Source of the DNA: the human T2T-CHM13v2.0 reference genome, Homo sapiens
Strand: one strand, 5' to 3'
Length of the DNA: 64,000 nucleotides
Assembly (NCBI RefSeq): GCF_009914755.1
Contig: NC_060928.1
The notes beneath the pieces are model-generated. The model made no database searches, had not been told where the DNA came from, and saw nothing but the letters and a program-made list of their open reading frames with translations. Below, one piece after another: positions 1 to 14,210 of the stretch; position 1 is the stretch's first letter; every line of letters starts with the position of its first letter. A program made the position numbers and the translations under genes.

Positions 1-320
1 AGAGGTGATGGCCCTGACATGAACAGGACGGTGACGATGGGAAGAAATAGACATACCTAAGAAATATATGCAAAGCATGATAAACAGAATGTATTGATTG
101 CTTGGATGACTCTATTTTACCTTCCAGCGTCCTGACTTGAGAAACTGAAAGATTGATGATGATGTTTACCAAATCAGAAAACACAAGTGATGCCACTGGC
201 CTGGCCAATAGGAAGAAGAGATGATGAGTTCAGTTTGGGAAATAGTTTTAAGGTCCTTTGTGGCATCCAAGTCCAGAGCTAAGTAGATCATAAATTGTAT
301 AAGTCTGAGCCTCAATATAT
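1..320 (-). mobile_element. L2 LINE fragment
   Basis: 'gatgatgagttcagtttggga...ggcatccaagt...tataagtctgag' resembles the reverse complement of the L2 ORF2 3' region. Confidence 0.6.
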
Positions 321-539
321 CTCAGAGGTAGGAGGTCAATATTTCTCCTCCAGTTAAGCAATTTCTGAAATCAGCTATTCATAATCTTTACTTGATTAAT
401 TATAAAGATAGTCACATTGGTCCTGATTACACACTTGTATGATTCCTCTGCTACCTACTATTCAACATATTTAACTCAATTTCTATTAAACATCAAATTG
501 AATTTATTCATTTATTCTTTCATTCTTCTTTAATAACCT

Positions 540-1455
540 TTTTGGGGAAAATATATGGACCGAAAATTACAGAAACCATGCACATATCACTCAACAAATT
601 CCCTCAACCTGAATACATTTAAGTAAACAATTGCTCTTCAGAGCAAGAAATAGAATACCACCAATATTACAAAAGTCCTCTCATAGCCCATCTCAATCAC
701 TTCCATCTCCTCAAAAAAGTAACCCATATCCTAAGTGCTAACGTTATAAATTTACCTGTTTTCTTGTTCTTTGAGCTTCATGTTGTGGAGAGCCATTTTG
801 GAACCCCAGAGTTAGTACGAAGTTTATTTTAAGCTAAATACAGCCAAAACTTCAACAAATGCCAAAATAGTCCTTCTCAGAGCTTTTCTTATCTGACTTA
901 AAGGGGCAATATTGTGAAATCAAGCTACCACAAATTTCCTCTCTGGGATAGTTTAATGGCCATGAAGATGAGAGAAAGACCACTGACATCTGCATAAACA
1001 ACGTTTTTTATTTCCAGTTTGTTCTAAAAATCTATTTATCTTTGCTAAAGAAACCTATTTATTATTCCCATAGAAGAATTTTCTCCTTCTCCGTTTCTCT
1101 ACCAAATTAGGTGTATAAACCTCTAACTTTAGCCATTTAGCCAGCTAGCTATTTCTTTAGTAGCTCCATATGAATATGAATAAACATTTTTAAAAAAATC
1201 TTTTAAATCTATCTTTTGTCTGTTTAATTTTCAGGTTTCCATCATTGAACATAGAGGGTAGAGGGAAAGTTTTTTTTTTTTTAATCCTAACAATATAGAT
1301 AGAATTATAAATTTTTTCTTTATATGTCTGGCATTTTTGCTTAAAATCATATTTCTGTGATTAATTTATTTTTATTGCTGAATTAAAAAATATTCTTTGT
1401 ATGAAATCACAGCAATTTATCGATTCTGCTATAGAAAGAATTTTAGGTTGTTTCA
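540..1455 (-). mobile_element. Old L1M (L1ME/MD-like) 3' region, interrupted by the LTR at 781-1292
   Basis: L1ME-like text ends '...ctttgagcttca' and resumes after the LTR as 'atatagatagaattata...tgtctggcatttttgctt'. Confidence 0.55.
781..1292 (+). mobile_element. Solo ERV1 LTR, MER34/MER39-like
   Basis: TG...CA termini, TATA-like 'gtataaa', AATAAA, and the characteristic end 'aatctatcttttgtctgtttaattttcag...gagggtagagggaaagttt'. Confidence 0.6.
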
Positions 1456-1806
1456 TTTATTCATAGTTCATCAATGTGCATACCATGTATTTATTGAGTA
1501 CCAATTTTGCCCCGCTATACTAAGATAAAAAATACATATAAGACACAGTTCATGCTCTCAAGGGACTTATACTCCAATAACAGGAATAAAAGATAAATAA
1601 ATATAACCAGTGCAAATAATATGAGATTGTTATGGACAAAATAGAATATACTAGGGCAAAGAAGAATTTTGCTTAAGAAATGAGATCAAAGAACAACTGA
1701 GGAGTAAGAGACCTTTGATCTAGAAGCCTGAGCAGGCAGTGGATAGAGGAGATAGCATGTGTAAATAAATTTAGGAGTAAAAAAATGGCAGGATTATGAA
1801 CAGTAA

Positions 1807-2168
<362 letters not shown>

Positions 2169-2169
2169 T

Positions 2170-2267
2170 TGTTGTTTTTCATAGAGAAAGGGTTTTGCTA
2201 TGTTGCCCAGGCTGGCCTTGAACTCCTGGGCTTTAGCAATCCTCCCATCTCAGCCTCCTGAAATGCA
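2170..2267 (-). mobile_element. FLAM/AluJ left-monomer fragment
   Basis: 'ttgctatgttgcccaggctggccttgaactcctgggct...atcctcccatctcagcctcc' carries FLAM/AluJ diagnostic bases. Confidence 0.75.
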
Positions 2268-3575
2268 TATTATTTTTAAAAATGTGATTATATGGTGATG
2301 TTGATGATGCTTCAAATAAAGTTTAGAACCAAATAATGAAGTTAAGAGTATTTTTTATTCAGATTTTTATTTTTAAAAGGATGGATTTTTTTTTTGTAGT
2401 GATGAATGTTACTATAGAGAATACAATTGATGGAGACAAGGGAAAAACATAAGAAACCAATGCAAGAGTCCTATCAAAAGATGTAGATGGGAATAGAGGA
2501 GAGGTGCTAAGATAAGGAATAAATGGAATTTGAATTTTGATTGATGGAGGACTCAAGTAGTTTTTCAATTTTTTAGCAAATAATGTTAATCTCAATATCT
2601 AGGCTGAGGAGAACATTTTGCACAAAAAATACTAAGTTCAGCTGTGCATTTGTTGAGTTTGTGTTGGTAGAATTATCTAATAAGCATTTGTTCCCAGAGT
2701 TCTGGAATTTAAATTACCAGTGTTAGTGAATTTTGTGGTAGGAATACAATAATACAAAAATTGAGGGAAAAAATGGCAAGGAAAAAAATTAAGAGTTGGT
2801 CCTGGGGACTATGAGAACTTAAAGCAGAGAAGGAGGAAGCTGGACTATATGCATTCCTTTAGTTGCATATATTTTTATAGTCTGTTTTGATTATATGTCA
2901 TCATTATCCATCACAGATTATTTAATTTTGTATATAACAAGAGCCAAGAATAATTATCTCTACAGTATACTTAACACTACACTACATAGTGTGTATTTGC
3001 AACCTATAAATATTTATTCTCATGATAACTAATCAATCTGTTTTTTTTTTTCTTTTTCTTTCTGACATTAGATGAACAAGTGCGAATCCATCATTCTTCT
3101 CAGGTTCTGGAAAAATGCTGGTTTTCAGCTCCTGGAAAATTCTCACAAGACATCTGTTTTGTTTTATATCTTCATTTGTTTCCATTCATCTTTCCTACTG
3201 TAGACACTGTCTATGATTTTTTTGTGTGGGGGTTTTGGCAAAGTGCATACGATTACTTTGAATTTAGAGAATTAAATTGTATTTATCCACTGAAAGCTGT
3301 TTTTAAGATCTAGCTGTGTTGTCACTTGGATATCTAGTTTATTACTTCTACTTGCAAAGTAGTACAATGAGATACCAAACCACCATATTTTTTCCATCTA
3401 TTTTCTCAATTATGGACACTTTTCAACTTATTACTACAGTAGGGAAGTTAAAGGCTATTTGAATTATTGGAGAATAGAGATACCTAGGATCAGAATTACC
3501 AAGTCATAGACCGAAACTTTGGCTAAGACCTAAACTTAATATGGGTAAATATTGTTACATTGCTCCCTAGAATAT

Positions 3576-3960
3576 TGATATGGTTTGGATTTGTGTCCCC
3601 ACGCAAATCTCATGTTGAATTGTAATCCTCAATGTTGGAGGTGGGGAATGGTAAGGGGTGATTAGATCCTGGGGCAGATTTCCCCCTTTGCTGCTGTTCT
3701 CCTGATAAGAGTTCTGACAAAATCTGGTTGTTTTAAAGTGTTTGGCACCTCCCTGTTCTCTCTCCTCCTGCTCCAGCCATGGGCATTGAGGCTCCTTTGT
3801 CTTCCTCCCTGATTGTAAGTTCCCTGAGGCCTTCCCAGAAGCTGATGCCAGCATGCTTCCTGTACAGCCTGAAGAATCATGAACCTAGTAAACCTCTTTT
3901 CTTTATAAATTACCCAGTCTCAGGTATTTCTTTAAAGCAGCGTGAAAACGAACTAATATA
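3576..3960 (+). mobile_element. MaLR solo LTR (MSTA-like) with 5-bp TSD AATAT
   Basis: Starts 'tgatatggtttgg', ends 'gaactaatata'; AATAT at 3571-3575 and 3961-3965; MSTA-type core 'gaagctgatgccagcatgcttcctgtacagcctg'. Confidence 0.92.
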
Positions 3961-6184
3961 AATATCTTAAGCAGTGTTTAGCCCTTCCAGAATTCTCTAA
4001 GTGGTGAAACCAGGGGACACTCTTAAAGGAAAAGACAAATATAAGCACAAAATAAAATATAAAAATAAATACATGTTTAAAGAAAAAAAGAAATCACAAC
4101 AAATTTCTATTTAAGCATAGTTGACGAACATAAGAATATCATGCCATCCACGAAAAAAATATTATTTAACTACCTAACATATTCATAAAACACTTTTTTC
4201 CTAGTTTTAAAAAATGTATTACTTTTAAATTTCTTGTTTATATGGCAATAATTTTGAAATATCATCTGTAGGTAATGGAAAGATCATTAAACCATCCTTT
4301 ACTATAGTTGAGTGAAATTAGTTATTTTTATGATTATTGATAGTTGAGGTGTATAAAGCACAGGTGTCTCGATTTTTTTAATACTGGTACACATTGTTTC
4401 TTGAAATTTTCACAAATTATATTTCACTTAACTCTTATCAAAAGCTTATGAATGATATGTTTGTGATAGTAAACACTGCATTATGGATTACATTTTGCAA
4501 GAGAACACTCTCTTTTGATGACGTGTCAATGAAAACAAAATTCTTCCTTTATTATTTTACATGTTTAATGATTGAGATAATATTACACAGAACTGCTTCT
4601 TGCTTGCACTTTTAAATACGTGTTTCTTCTTCATATCCTCATACTTTTAGTGCTTGATGTTTTAGGACGTATTTACATTGTGATAAGACCTTTGGGCTGA
4701 CATCATCATGTTACGATACTAGGTAGGGAGTAGGGTATTCCTGGAGCCATTTCTACATTGGAATGAGTAGCACCAACTTAATTATATATTAAGTTATGAT
4801 TTTTGGCTATATAGTCTTTGACCATTTATCCATATGACAATAATTTGTAATATAATTTTCTATAAAGAATATGGTATTATAAATGCAAAATATATTCAAT
4901 GAAATCCAAAATAAATGTATCTTCTTCAACTTAACTTTGACTTGCTCAGATACCAAAAATATATGCAGCTTCTCCAATAGTATTTGACACAGGGCAAGTG
5001 TGATAGCAAATGCTCTACCTACTGGCTGGTTACAAGTTCTAAATTTGGGAATGGAGTGATGAAAAGAAACCATCTCCAAGATAATGAGATCTGAAGAAAA
5101 TTATGACAGGAATATTAAGAGTTTGTTTACCAGCCATCCTAAGAAATATTGAACATCTGATATTGCTAAGAATCCCATTATAAATTGTACAAAATGTTCA
5201 ACAATGAAGGGACAGTTATTTGCTTTTTTGCAGTTAATTACTTGTATAATATAAATGTATGACTTTGCATAGCACAGTGTCTTAAAGCAAAACAATGTTC
5301 TTCCTGAAGAAACCAATGAAGATGAAATGTCACTGGTATGGTGTGCATTGTTTTTTTAAACTACATCCTAATTAATTAGGACATTTTCCACTTGAAATAG
5401 AAGCTACAGTTGTAAAAATATACAAATATACCTGTATATAATTCAAATGGTATATTATGTTGTTTTTATCACGATTTTCACTCTTAAATGCATCTTGACT
5501 TTGATGAGAGAAGTGATACAAACATATTAGTGAAAAATAATAAGCAACAAACAAACCAAAATATGAACAAGTGAAAATGGTACTCTTCATCATGTTCTAC
5601 TAAAAATTCATGTTCCATTATCTAATGGTATTTACTTCTAGTTACTCTCAATTTGCTTCAGATTTCAATGGTTGACTTTAGAGTTAAAGATGCCATTTCC
5701 TTCTCCTATAATCTCTAACACATCCAACGCTGGAACAGCAATATTTAATGGGGAACATTAAATACTTTGCCCTTGGCACAAAGTGGAGATGTCTCTTTGT
5801 ACTAGTCCTGTGAACATATCAGCCTCCAGAACGAATGATGGCTCTATATTTCACATCTTACACAGTGATTTCCTGACTTATCTGTTATTTTACAGATTGT
5901 AAAACCAGTATTGTAGTTATGAAGATGAACTCTGGTCAATACATCAAAGACGTGAAGAAAATTAGGGTAGAACTATTAAAATTTGGCCCTCAGTCAAGCA
6001 AACAAATCTAACAAATATTTCACTTTCATTACTGCTTATGCATACATGGAATGATTCTTACTAAAAGTTGTAAGCAAAGGAAGATTGAATAGAATACAAA
6101 CAAGTGTTACCTTCCAGATAGAAGTAACCTAGAGAAAATGACTTTTAGTACATTTGCTAGGTTAAAGTAATTTAAAAACTTGTG

Positions 6185-6490
<306 letters not shown>

Positions 6491-7169
6491 AACTTGTTTA
6501 GGTCATTGTTTTCTTAGTTGAGGTTGATATCGAAAGTCACATAATAGTTTTTTATTTGTAGGTTGAAGTAAGGAACATAGATGGTAGAGAAAGAATAAAG
6601 ATAACACAAATAATACAGGCGATGAAACAAGAAGTGTGCAACTGGCAATTAGCTAAAATCTTTGGCATGGTCTTGAAAAGATCCACTGAAATTCAGATTG
6701 ACTTCAACGATTGCTATCTTATGTATGAAGCTGGTTTTGTACTTAGAGCTCCTGATCTCACTGTGAGACCCTCAGCACAGTGCCACCCACTGAGCATTTC
6801 ATTGACCTAGCAATGAAGAGGCCCAACATCTCTGAATTAATGAGAATATCAGCTTGACACCTTTAGATAGATTAAAAACAAAATACCTCTTTAAAATATA
6901 GCCACAGCTTGAAGAATTAGAATGTAGTGCAGATAAATCCTAAGCCCCTGTGTTTTCCTTTAGTATGGGCAGTTAGTCCTGGTATAGATGGAAATTTCTC
7001 TTAGTAGGTAATTTAGCAGAATACCTAAGAATGCTGTATTTTATTATGAAATGATTGTAGCTGTTCCCCTTTAGTGATTAAACAGTGAATTATGACCCTG
7101 AGTGATAGTAAATTTAAAACTTGTTAACAGCTTTTAATCTTTTATAGGTTACTACGAAGAAGCAGTTCA

Positions 7170-7198
7170 TGTGTGTGCATGCGTGTGTGTGTGTGTGT
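7170..7198. repeat. (TG)n microsatellite
   Basis: gtgtgtgcatgcgtgtgtgtgtgtgtgt. Confidence 0.9.
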
Positions 7199-7450
7199 TA
7201 AGCAAATGATAAATCAGAGACAAATCAAAATAGATTTTAAATAGCTTTCACAATGTGAAAATGACAGGGATTGTGAGTGAATAATTTAATTAAGGTCCCT
7301 TTAAGAGGCACATAAGATTATGAATAGTTAACTAACAAATCATGCATGAGGCTCCATTTCCTTTCCTGGCATTGTGTGGTCACCTAAATACACTCCTCTA
7401 GTGTACCAACAGGTAACCAGGAGGAAAGGAGGCAACTTTTCAAGGTGCAC

Positions 7451-7570
7451 CCATCAGGGCTCTGTACAGAAGGAGCCTTTCGTGTGTCTGTATTTAGTCA
7501 GGTCTCAACTATAGTCCTAATTGTAGTTCAAGGCTTACCTTTCCAATAACGCTCCTACCGAGCAGTCCAG
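7451..7570 (+). repeat. Copy 1 of a ~120-bp dispersed direct duplication
   Basis: 7464-7513 matches 9821-9870 at 49/50 nt; the flanks also align. Confidence 0.9.
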
Positions 7571-7949
7571 ACAGAGTATCAGATAGAAAAAGGAGTAGAA
7601 TTGAAATCAGGATTCTGGGCAGGTTAAATCTGCTCTCCACCTCAAATATTTTAGGCCCTACACTTGAAATTAACTTTTATATTCATTTAGTTCAGTCAAT
7701 TAAAGTCTGATTTTTAGATGAGCTGTCAGGATTACTAATTTGCACATCCAAGCTAGGTTTATATCATTCTTTCCTAAGACAACACTATTAAAATATAACT
7801 AAGTTTGCTATTTTTTTAAAAAAAGAGTTAAGTGTCAGCGTGTGGGAAAGCAGAGATCTCCAGCCAATTTCCTACATTAGTTGTAGTAACTAAAATTTTC
7901 AAAACAGTAATGAAAAATGTTATGCAGAATATGAAATGACAGCTACTGC

Positions 7950-9190
7950 CCAATACATCTATTTCATTTCTTCCCTTAATCTACTGACACTATCTTTACT
8001 TCCTTTTCTCCCATAACCTTTTAATCAACTTCTATTTAGCTTTGTCTCCATTACTTGATCGAAACAACTCTCCTCCAAGTTGCCTGACAATTCATGTTAC
8101 AGACTCTAAATAATACGTTTTTATTCTCATCTGTTTGAGCATTTTCCCCTTCTTTATAAATAAACTGATCTTTTCTTCTGGAATGAGCAGTATCTTAGTT
8201 TCCTCCCATCTGTGCCTGTGCTAAGTGTTCAAGTTACTAGAGCTTGATTCGAAATTTTACTCTGTAACTCTGCTCTGTCCCTAAAATGTCCTCCTATATT
8301 CCAGTGGCATTAAATATAACCTATATGCTCACATTTCTCAAATTTACATTTTTATATCAAACTTCTTATCTTAGCAGTAAGCTCATATATTCAAATATCT
8401 TCTTATCATAGCCTATTGAAATTTCATTCAGATATCACAAATATACTATGCCCTAAGAAAAGCTCTTGACTCTATTCTTGACTATATTTTACTTTACTCT
8501 GAAATTTTTGCCTCTCATAGGCTTTGCCAGATCAGCAAATGCCACCACAATTAGCCAAACTGCTTAAGCCACAAAACTGAAACTCATACGGATTCCGCTA
8601 CTCCACGCCCGCTAATATTTAATCCAACAGTGTTGCTTATAGACCTCAAATCTACTTTAAATCCCTCTGCTTAGCTCCAATTTGATTGCAATCAAGGTAA
8701 TCCAAATCATAATCAGTTCTCCCCTAATAAACTGCTTTCTAATTGATCTTGCCATTTCCAATTTTACTTTTCTTAAACTAATTGTGCACATAGCAGCCAG
8801 CACAATGTTTTAAAAACTTAAATTAAGGCTTGCCTAAAACCTTTTGGTGGCATCTTGTTGTAGGTAGAATGAAACAAAAATGCCTTGGCACGTCCTACAT
8901 AATCCTTTGTGATCTTATGCTACCAACTTCCCCTCCCTCCTTCCTTTCTCTCTACCTTTTGCACTCTGCACTCTAGCCCCATTGGCCTTTTTTTTCAAGT
9001 TTTAAAGCAAATCAAGCTCTCTCTCAGCTCTAGATCTGTGCATATTTTGTTTTTTTGTTCGTTTGTTTGGTTGGTTGGTTGGTTTGCTTGGGATGCTATT
9101 GTTTCTACTCTTAACATGTTTGACAGTTAGTTTTTGCTAGTTCATTAAAACTGAATGGGAAATTGACATTTTCAAAAAAAATTGCCTACC
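7950..9190 (+). mobile_element. L2 LINE, long degenerate fragment
   Basis: L2 sense-like motifs such as 'cagatatcacaaatatactatgccctaagaaaagctcttgact' and 'cacatagcagccagcacaatgttttaaaaac'. Confidence 0.6.
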
Positions 9191-9806
9191 TATTTAGATG
9201 ACGTTGAAACTACCAATCTATTTCATTTTAAGTGATGTTAGGTAGGTATTTTGAGAAAAAAAAAACAAAAACAAATTTCACTAGACTCTGGGCTGAAGAA
9301 ATATTTTTTGTAACTACTATATAAAGTAGGTGAGCTGAGAATTATTATAAACATCAGAATTTTGAAAGCTAGAGATGAGTATAATAAACAAAAGGACATT
9401 GACGGTTCTCTGTTTCTATTCAGTATATAAGATGAATGTACAACGAAAAACCACAAAAGTCATTGCTAACTTTTTGAAAAGGTTACTGTCTGGCAGAGTT
9501 ATAGAAAATTGTTTACTATTGATCTCTTTTCTTAGGAGAGCAAGAAGAAAAGGAAACAAACAAAAGGCTTTACTCAACCCTCGTATGTGTTTGCTCCCTT
9601 CCTTTTCCTTACCTTCCCTCTAATGATACATCTCTTACATTGGGCTTGAAATATACTAGTTAGTAATACAAAGCCTTTGCTAAATTCCCAAGGTGAGGGA
9701 AAGGCTGATTTTTAAGTCTGAATTATCAAAAGTGACAATTGATAAGCTGCAGTGAGGACCAATTTACCCAAAGATGGACTGGCACTAACTGAACATATAA
9801 TGTTCT

Positions 9807-9927
9807 CCATCTGGGCTTTGGTACAGAAGGAGCCTTTCATGTGTCTGTATTTAGTCAGGTCTCAACTATACTCCTAGGTATAGTTCAGGTCCTAACTTTC
9901 CAATGACGCTCCTGCAGAGCAGACCAG
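9807..9927 (+). repeat. Copy 2 of the ~120-bp dispersed direct duplication
   Basis: Aligns with 7451-7570. Confidence 0.9.
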
Positions 9928-10224
9928 CTGCTGTCTAAATTTCTGAACTATATTGCTTTGTTTACCAGTGTATAGCCAATTGACTGCCTTTTGCCTTATC
10001 TTTTTGAAAAATGATTTATGACTAAAAATTCTTCTTCCCCAGTGATATTCTAATTTCCTTGGGGGCAGCAATAATGTGTTTTCTTGTTTGTTTCTTAACA
10101 TATCTTTTCTAATGCTACCCAGTCCTAAGCATTCATTTTATAATAGAAAGTATAATTTATTCAACAAAAGCTTATTGAGTTCTGTCATAAAAGTATAATG
10201 TATCATAGTGTACTAGGAATATAC

Positions 10225-10470
10225 AGTGTTAATATACATTAAGCACTTAATATAAGCCAATTGTTGTTCTCTGTGTTTTACATTTAAAAACTCATTGAAT
10301 TCTCACTATAAAGTTATGATGTAGTTACTGCTATTAACCCCCCTCAACTTACAGATCAAGAAACTGAGACCCAGTCATACTAAATAAGTTGTTCAAGGTC
10401 ATGGAGCTTATAAATAATACAACCAAGATTTAATCCAGGGAATCTCACTGAAGATGTTTGTTATTAACTC
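10225..10470 (-). mobile_element. MIR SINE within an L2 remnant
   Basis: Antisense MIR core 'ttacagatcaagaaactgagacccag...aagttgttcaaggtcatggagct'. Confidence 0.8.
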
Positions 10471-10612
10471 CTTCATTCATTCAACCTACAGTCTTGTAAA
10501 GAATACAAACAACTGAATAAACAATTACAAGGAAATATAATTAACAGAGGATAGACAGTGTGCTAGAGAAGCATAGAGGAAAAGATTTAATGTAGACCTG
10601 TGGGCTCAAGGT

Positions 10613-10785
10613 CTATATATCCTCTCTCTGTTTGTATACACTCACACACACACATATATATATAAGGTGTGTATTTATAAATTACATCTTATATATAAAT
10701 AATTTATATTAACATACTATATAATGTATATATTATAATATATATGTATTACATATATGTATGTATATAACGTATATACTATATT
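10613..10785. repeat. (CA)n/(TA)n low-complexity tract
   Basis: Alternating TA/CA runs. Confidence 0.85.
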
Positions 10786-13212
10786 AGTCCTTATGGGTGA
10801 TTTCGGTCTTTATTTTGCTACTTGCTTTTGCATAATGGCAGTTGTGCATTTAAGCCATTTAAAAATGAATTTGCAAAATAAACATCACTGTCAACAACCA
10901 AAACCTTATTACCTACATTTCCTACTAAATTCCTGAGAAAATAGGTTTTGATTATTTTACAGTGTAAAACATAAACATCCTTGTAATATTATACAAATAA
11001 ACTCTTACAAAACAATAATCACCATTTGCTTACAAAGTCATATAACTGTTTGCCTTTTTGAATTCATAATCCTCTCCTGAAAGAAAAATATTCAAAAGTT
11101 CACCAGTAAAAAAAAATCCTCAAAATTTTTCCAAAGCATATTATTCTTTCAATGCAATTTTGAAATCTTTACAAGCACCCTGCAAAAGTAGCACTCAAAA
11201 TATGTAACAATTGTACTTAATTTTCCAAGTCTGATCATTCCTACAATGCCTCAAAGAATTTGGCATATTTGGCATCTAGAAGAGGACCCAAAAGTTCACG
11301 CTCAACTTTTTTCAACATTCTTCGAACACAAGGAATAAATTATTCCACTCAGAGGTTATTTTCCTTACTCATTCATTACTTGTGTGTTAAGCGCTGACAA
11401 GAGAAAAGTGATTCGTGATTCTGTTGTCAAGGAATCCACAGACTAATGAAGAAAGATCCCCTGTTTTTGCTTACTTCTTTTCAAAAAAAAAACAGGTATG
11501 TTCCAAGTCTGGACCTCAAAGCTTCCAAATGCACCAGGGAGGAAAAACCTGATGTACAGTTATGAAGATATGATATGAAGAATGAGCCATAAATATACTA
11601 TTAAATAATGTTCTGACCAGGACTACTGAATAACATAACTTCTGGAGACCTAGCCCTGTTGTTGCCTAGGTAAATAACACTCCCTGGAGTTGTACAATTC
11701 ACAGCATGGTTAGTTACACCAGGCACCCCTGAGTAGGACTTCACTTTATGCTCCAAATACCAGTTTCAATGAGTTCATTTTAGAAACAAGAAAACATCAG
11801 ACAAGTAAAGGTTATTCTTCCTAGCTTCAGAAGCAGCTGATTTTTCAACATAATAAAGAAAGAAAAGTCTCATCATGAAATTCAACATTTACATTACAGG
11901 CCATTAATGATTAGTTTAAAAGACTGTTTTCAAGTAGCCATGCATGCTGAGAGAAACGGAGCCAAAGTTCTGTGAATGATTTCATCTTGCTCTCCAATAC
12001 AGCTTTTAATTATGAATACTTTTTAAAGTGCATTACATTAATTAGCCATTTACTCAGCAGGCTGCTTCTCAGGGCTCCTTCCAGCTCCCTTAACTCTGTG
12101 GCAGGACCTGGCAGTCACTACAGCAAGAGTACGACTTCAGATGTTCGGAAATGGAATTCAATGATCTTTTGCCAACATGAAGAAGATAGATATGAGCATA
12201 AGGAAAAAGGAAAGGAATGCATCGCTCTGCAAAACATTGTTTCATTTCTCAAACACAGAGGGAGGGCAGAAGGGAATAAATTTCATCAGGCTGTTTCTCA
12301 GGCTTAAAATGGAGGTTTCCAAAGCAGTTCTTTTTTTTTTTTTTCTACCATATATCATTACTTTAATATTATTTGGATAGGAAACTGATTTAACTCAATT
12401 GCCCTTAACTGAATTCAGGGCATTTTAGTCACGCAAACAGGAAAGAGAGTGGAGTAGCATGAGAGTTATTAGGGTTGAAGCAGAGACAAAACGTTCTATC
12501 CCCACAGCTGCCCAGTAGTACCCATACTTTTCCCATCCATAATTGCATTCCATCCACAGTTTTATTTGTTTCACAGAGACATAGAATCTTACATAGGAAG
12601 TTAACTTTCTAAAGCCATATCATATTGGGAATGCCTCACATTATCAAAGGCCCTATTGAAAATGCTGCACCTTTCTTCCCCAAACTATCTCATCTTAACT
12701 GTTATTTTAACCCCCAGTTTAGGAACCTAAAAGCCTTGCTTTGGAAACATTTTTCAATGGTATTCTCCTTACAGTACACAAGCATGAACTTGTTATAGGA
12801 AATTTGGCTTCAGAAAACAAACTAACTGTGGGGGAACCTGGAACCTGGGAAGGCAGGACTATTGCAGGGGCCAAACTGGATACCAACCGGCAGAACTTGG
12901 TGAAACAAACTTCAGCATCTCTCTTGTGCAGTTCCTGGCAGCCATCTTCACTACTGTCAATTTCTTTCTTTTGTATCCTCCTGTCTTGTTCTCCCTACGC
13001 AAGCAAGATAATACTTATAATGAGATGATGATACACTGCTTCCTCTAAAATACAAGATCCCCCTTTCCTGGTTTCATATTATAAAGTCATCCTAAGTAAT
13101 TTCTTTATTTATAACCAGGCCTTCAGTGTGTGAAGCTCTGGTCTAGATATCACCCACAGAATTGTGTGGGTATGCACATAGCTCAGAAGGACATGCAGGT
13201 ACAATCTCGGTA

Positions 13213-13511
13213 TTTTTTTTTTTTAGATATGGTCTCACTCTGTCACCCAGACTAGAGTGCAGTAGTACAATCATAGCTTACTGCAGCCTCAAACTACTGG
13301 ACTCAAGCGATCTTCCTGACTCAGCTTCCTGAGTAGCTAGGACTACAGGTGGACACCATCATACCTGGCTAACTTTTTAAATTTTTTCATAGAGACAGTG
13401 TCTCACTGAGTTTCCCAAGCTGGTCTTGAACTCCCAGGCTCAAGTGATCCTCCTACCTCAAGCTTCCAAAGCTCTGTGTGGGAATACAGGTGTGAGCCAC
13501 CACACCCAGCC
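13213..13511 (-). mobile_element. AluJ, full length
   Basis: Poly-T followed by AluJ diagnostics 'atcatagcttactgcagcctcaaac...ggactcaagcgatc'. Confidence 0.92.
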
Positions 13512-14019
13512 TCAGGAATTAAAAAAATATATATATGGAGTAATAAATAAGTTGAGAGCAAACAGTATATTGAGTATGTTTTCTCTTGCCAAATCATTTC
13601 AATTTGTGCCATATGCCATTTCCTGGAACCACCTTGCTCAGTTTGAAATTCCCAATATTTTCAGGATAGATTTCAGAAACGGACTGTTTAAATGACCCTG
13701 CTCATAGGTAGAAGGCAAATATACTGTGGCTGCATGGAGGGCTTCTCCACTCTGGGCCTGGAACTCAGATGTTCCCAGGAAGGGAAATCTGGTACAGAGC
13801 CCTCTGCATTGACAGTCCCTAATGTTAGCACTCAGAGCCCTTAAACAGACTAATCATCTCTATTCTGTGATTCCACATTGTTTTGCTCTAACCTGGTTAA
13901 ACCAGAGACAAAAGAGAAGATATCCACCCACATCTTTGCTGTAGGTCTGAGCACAGGCAATAAGAGAAAAATCTCTTGTATGTGAAACGTGATAAATACT
14001 TTACGAAGGGCTTATTATT

Positions 14020-14210
14020 ACACATTGGCATTTTATCTAATCCTCCAACAAATGTGGTAAGGAAGGATTAACTCCATTTTTAAGATGAGAAAACTCAGGA
14101 GCAAAGAACTTTGGAGGTTGGCTCAGGATCATACAACAACTAAGTTAGAGTCAAGGCTCAAACCTAAGTACTAGGTTTCTAAATTCAGTGTTCATTCACT
14201 TACTGCACCT
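14020..14210 (-). mobile_element. MIR SINE
   Basis: 'ccatttttaagatgagaaaactcagg...ggctcaggatcataca...tcaaacctaag'. Confidence 0.7.

Noticed and set aside
5873-5970. Acceptor-like 'ctgac...ttattttacAG' at 5895
   Set aside because: No convincing downstream donor; isolated acceptor motifs are common.
9790-9806. GAACA-TATAA-TGTTCT as an androgen response element
   Set aside because: The half-sites are 5 nt apart rather than the required 3 nt.
11972-12307. 111-aa ORF in unique sequence
   Set aside because: GTG start, no domain and no flanking splice structure; more likely non-coding.
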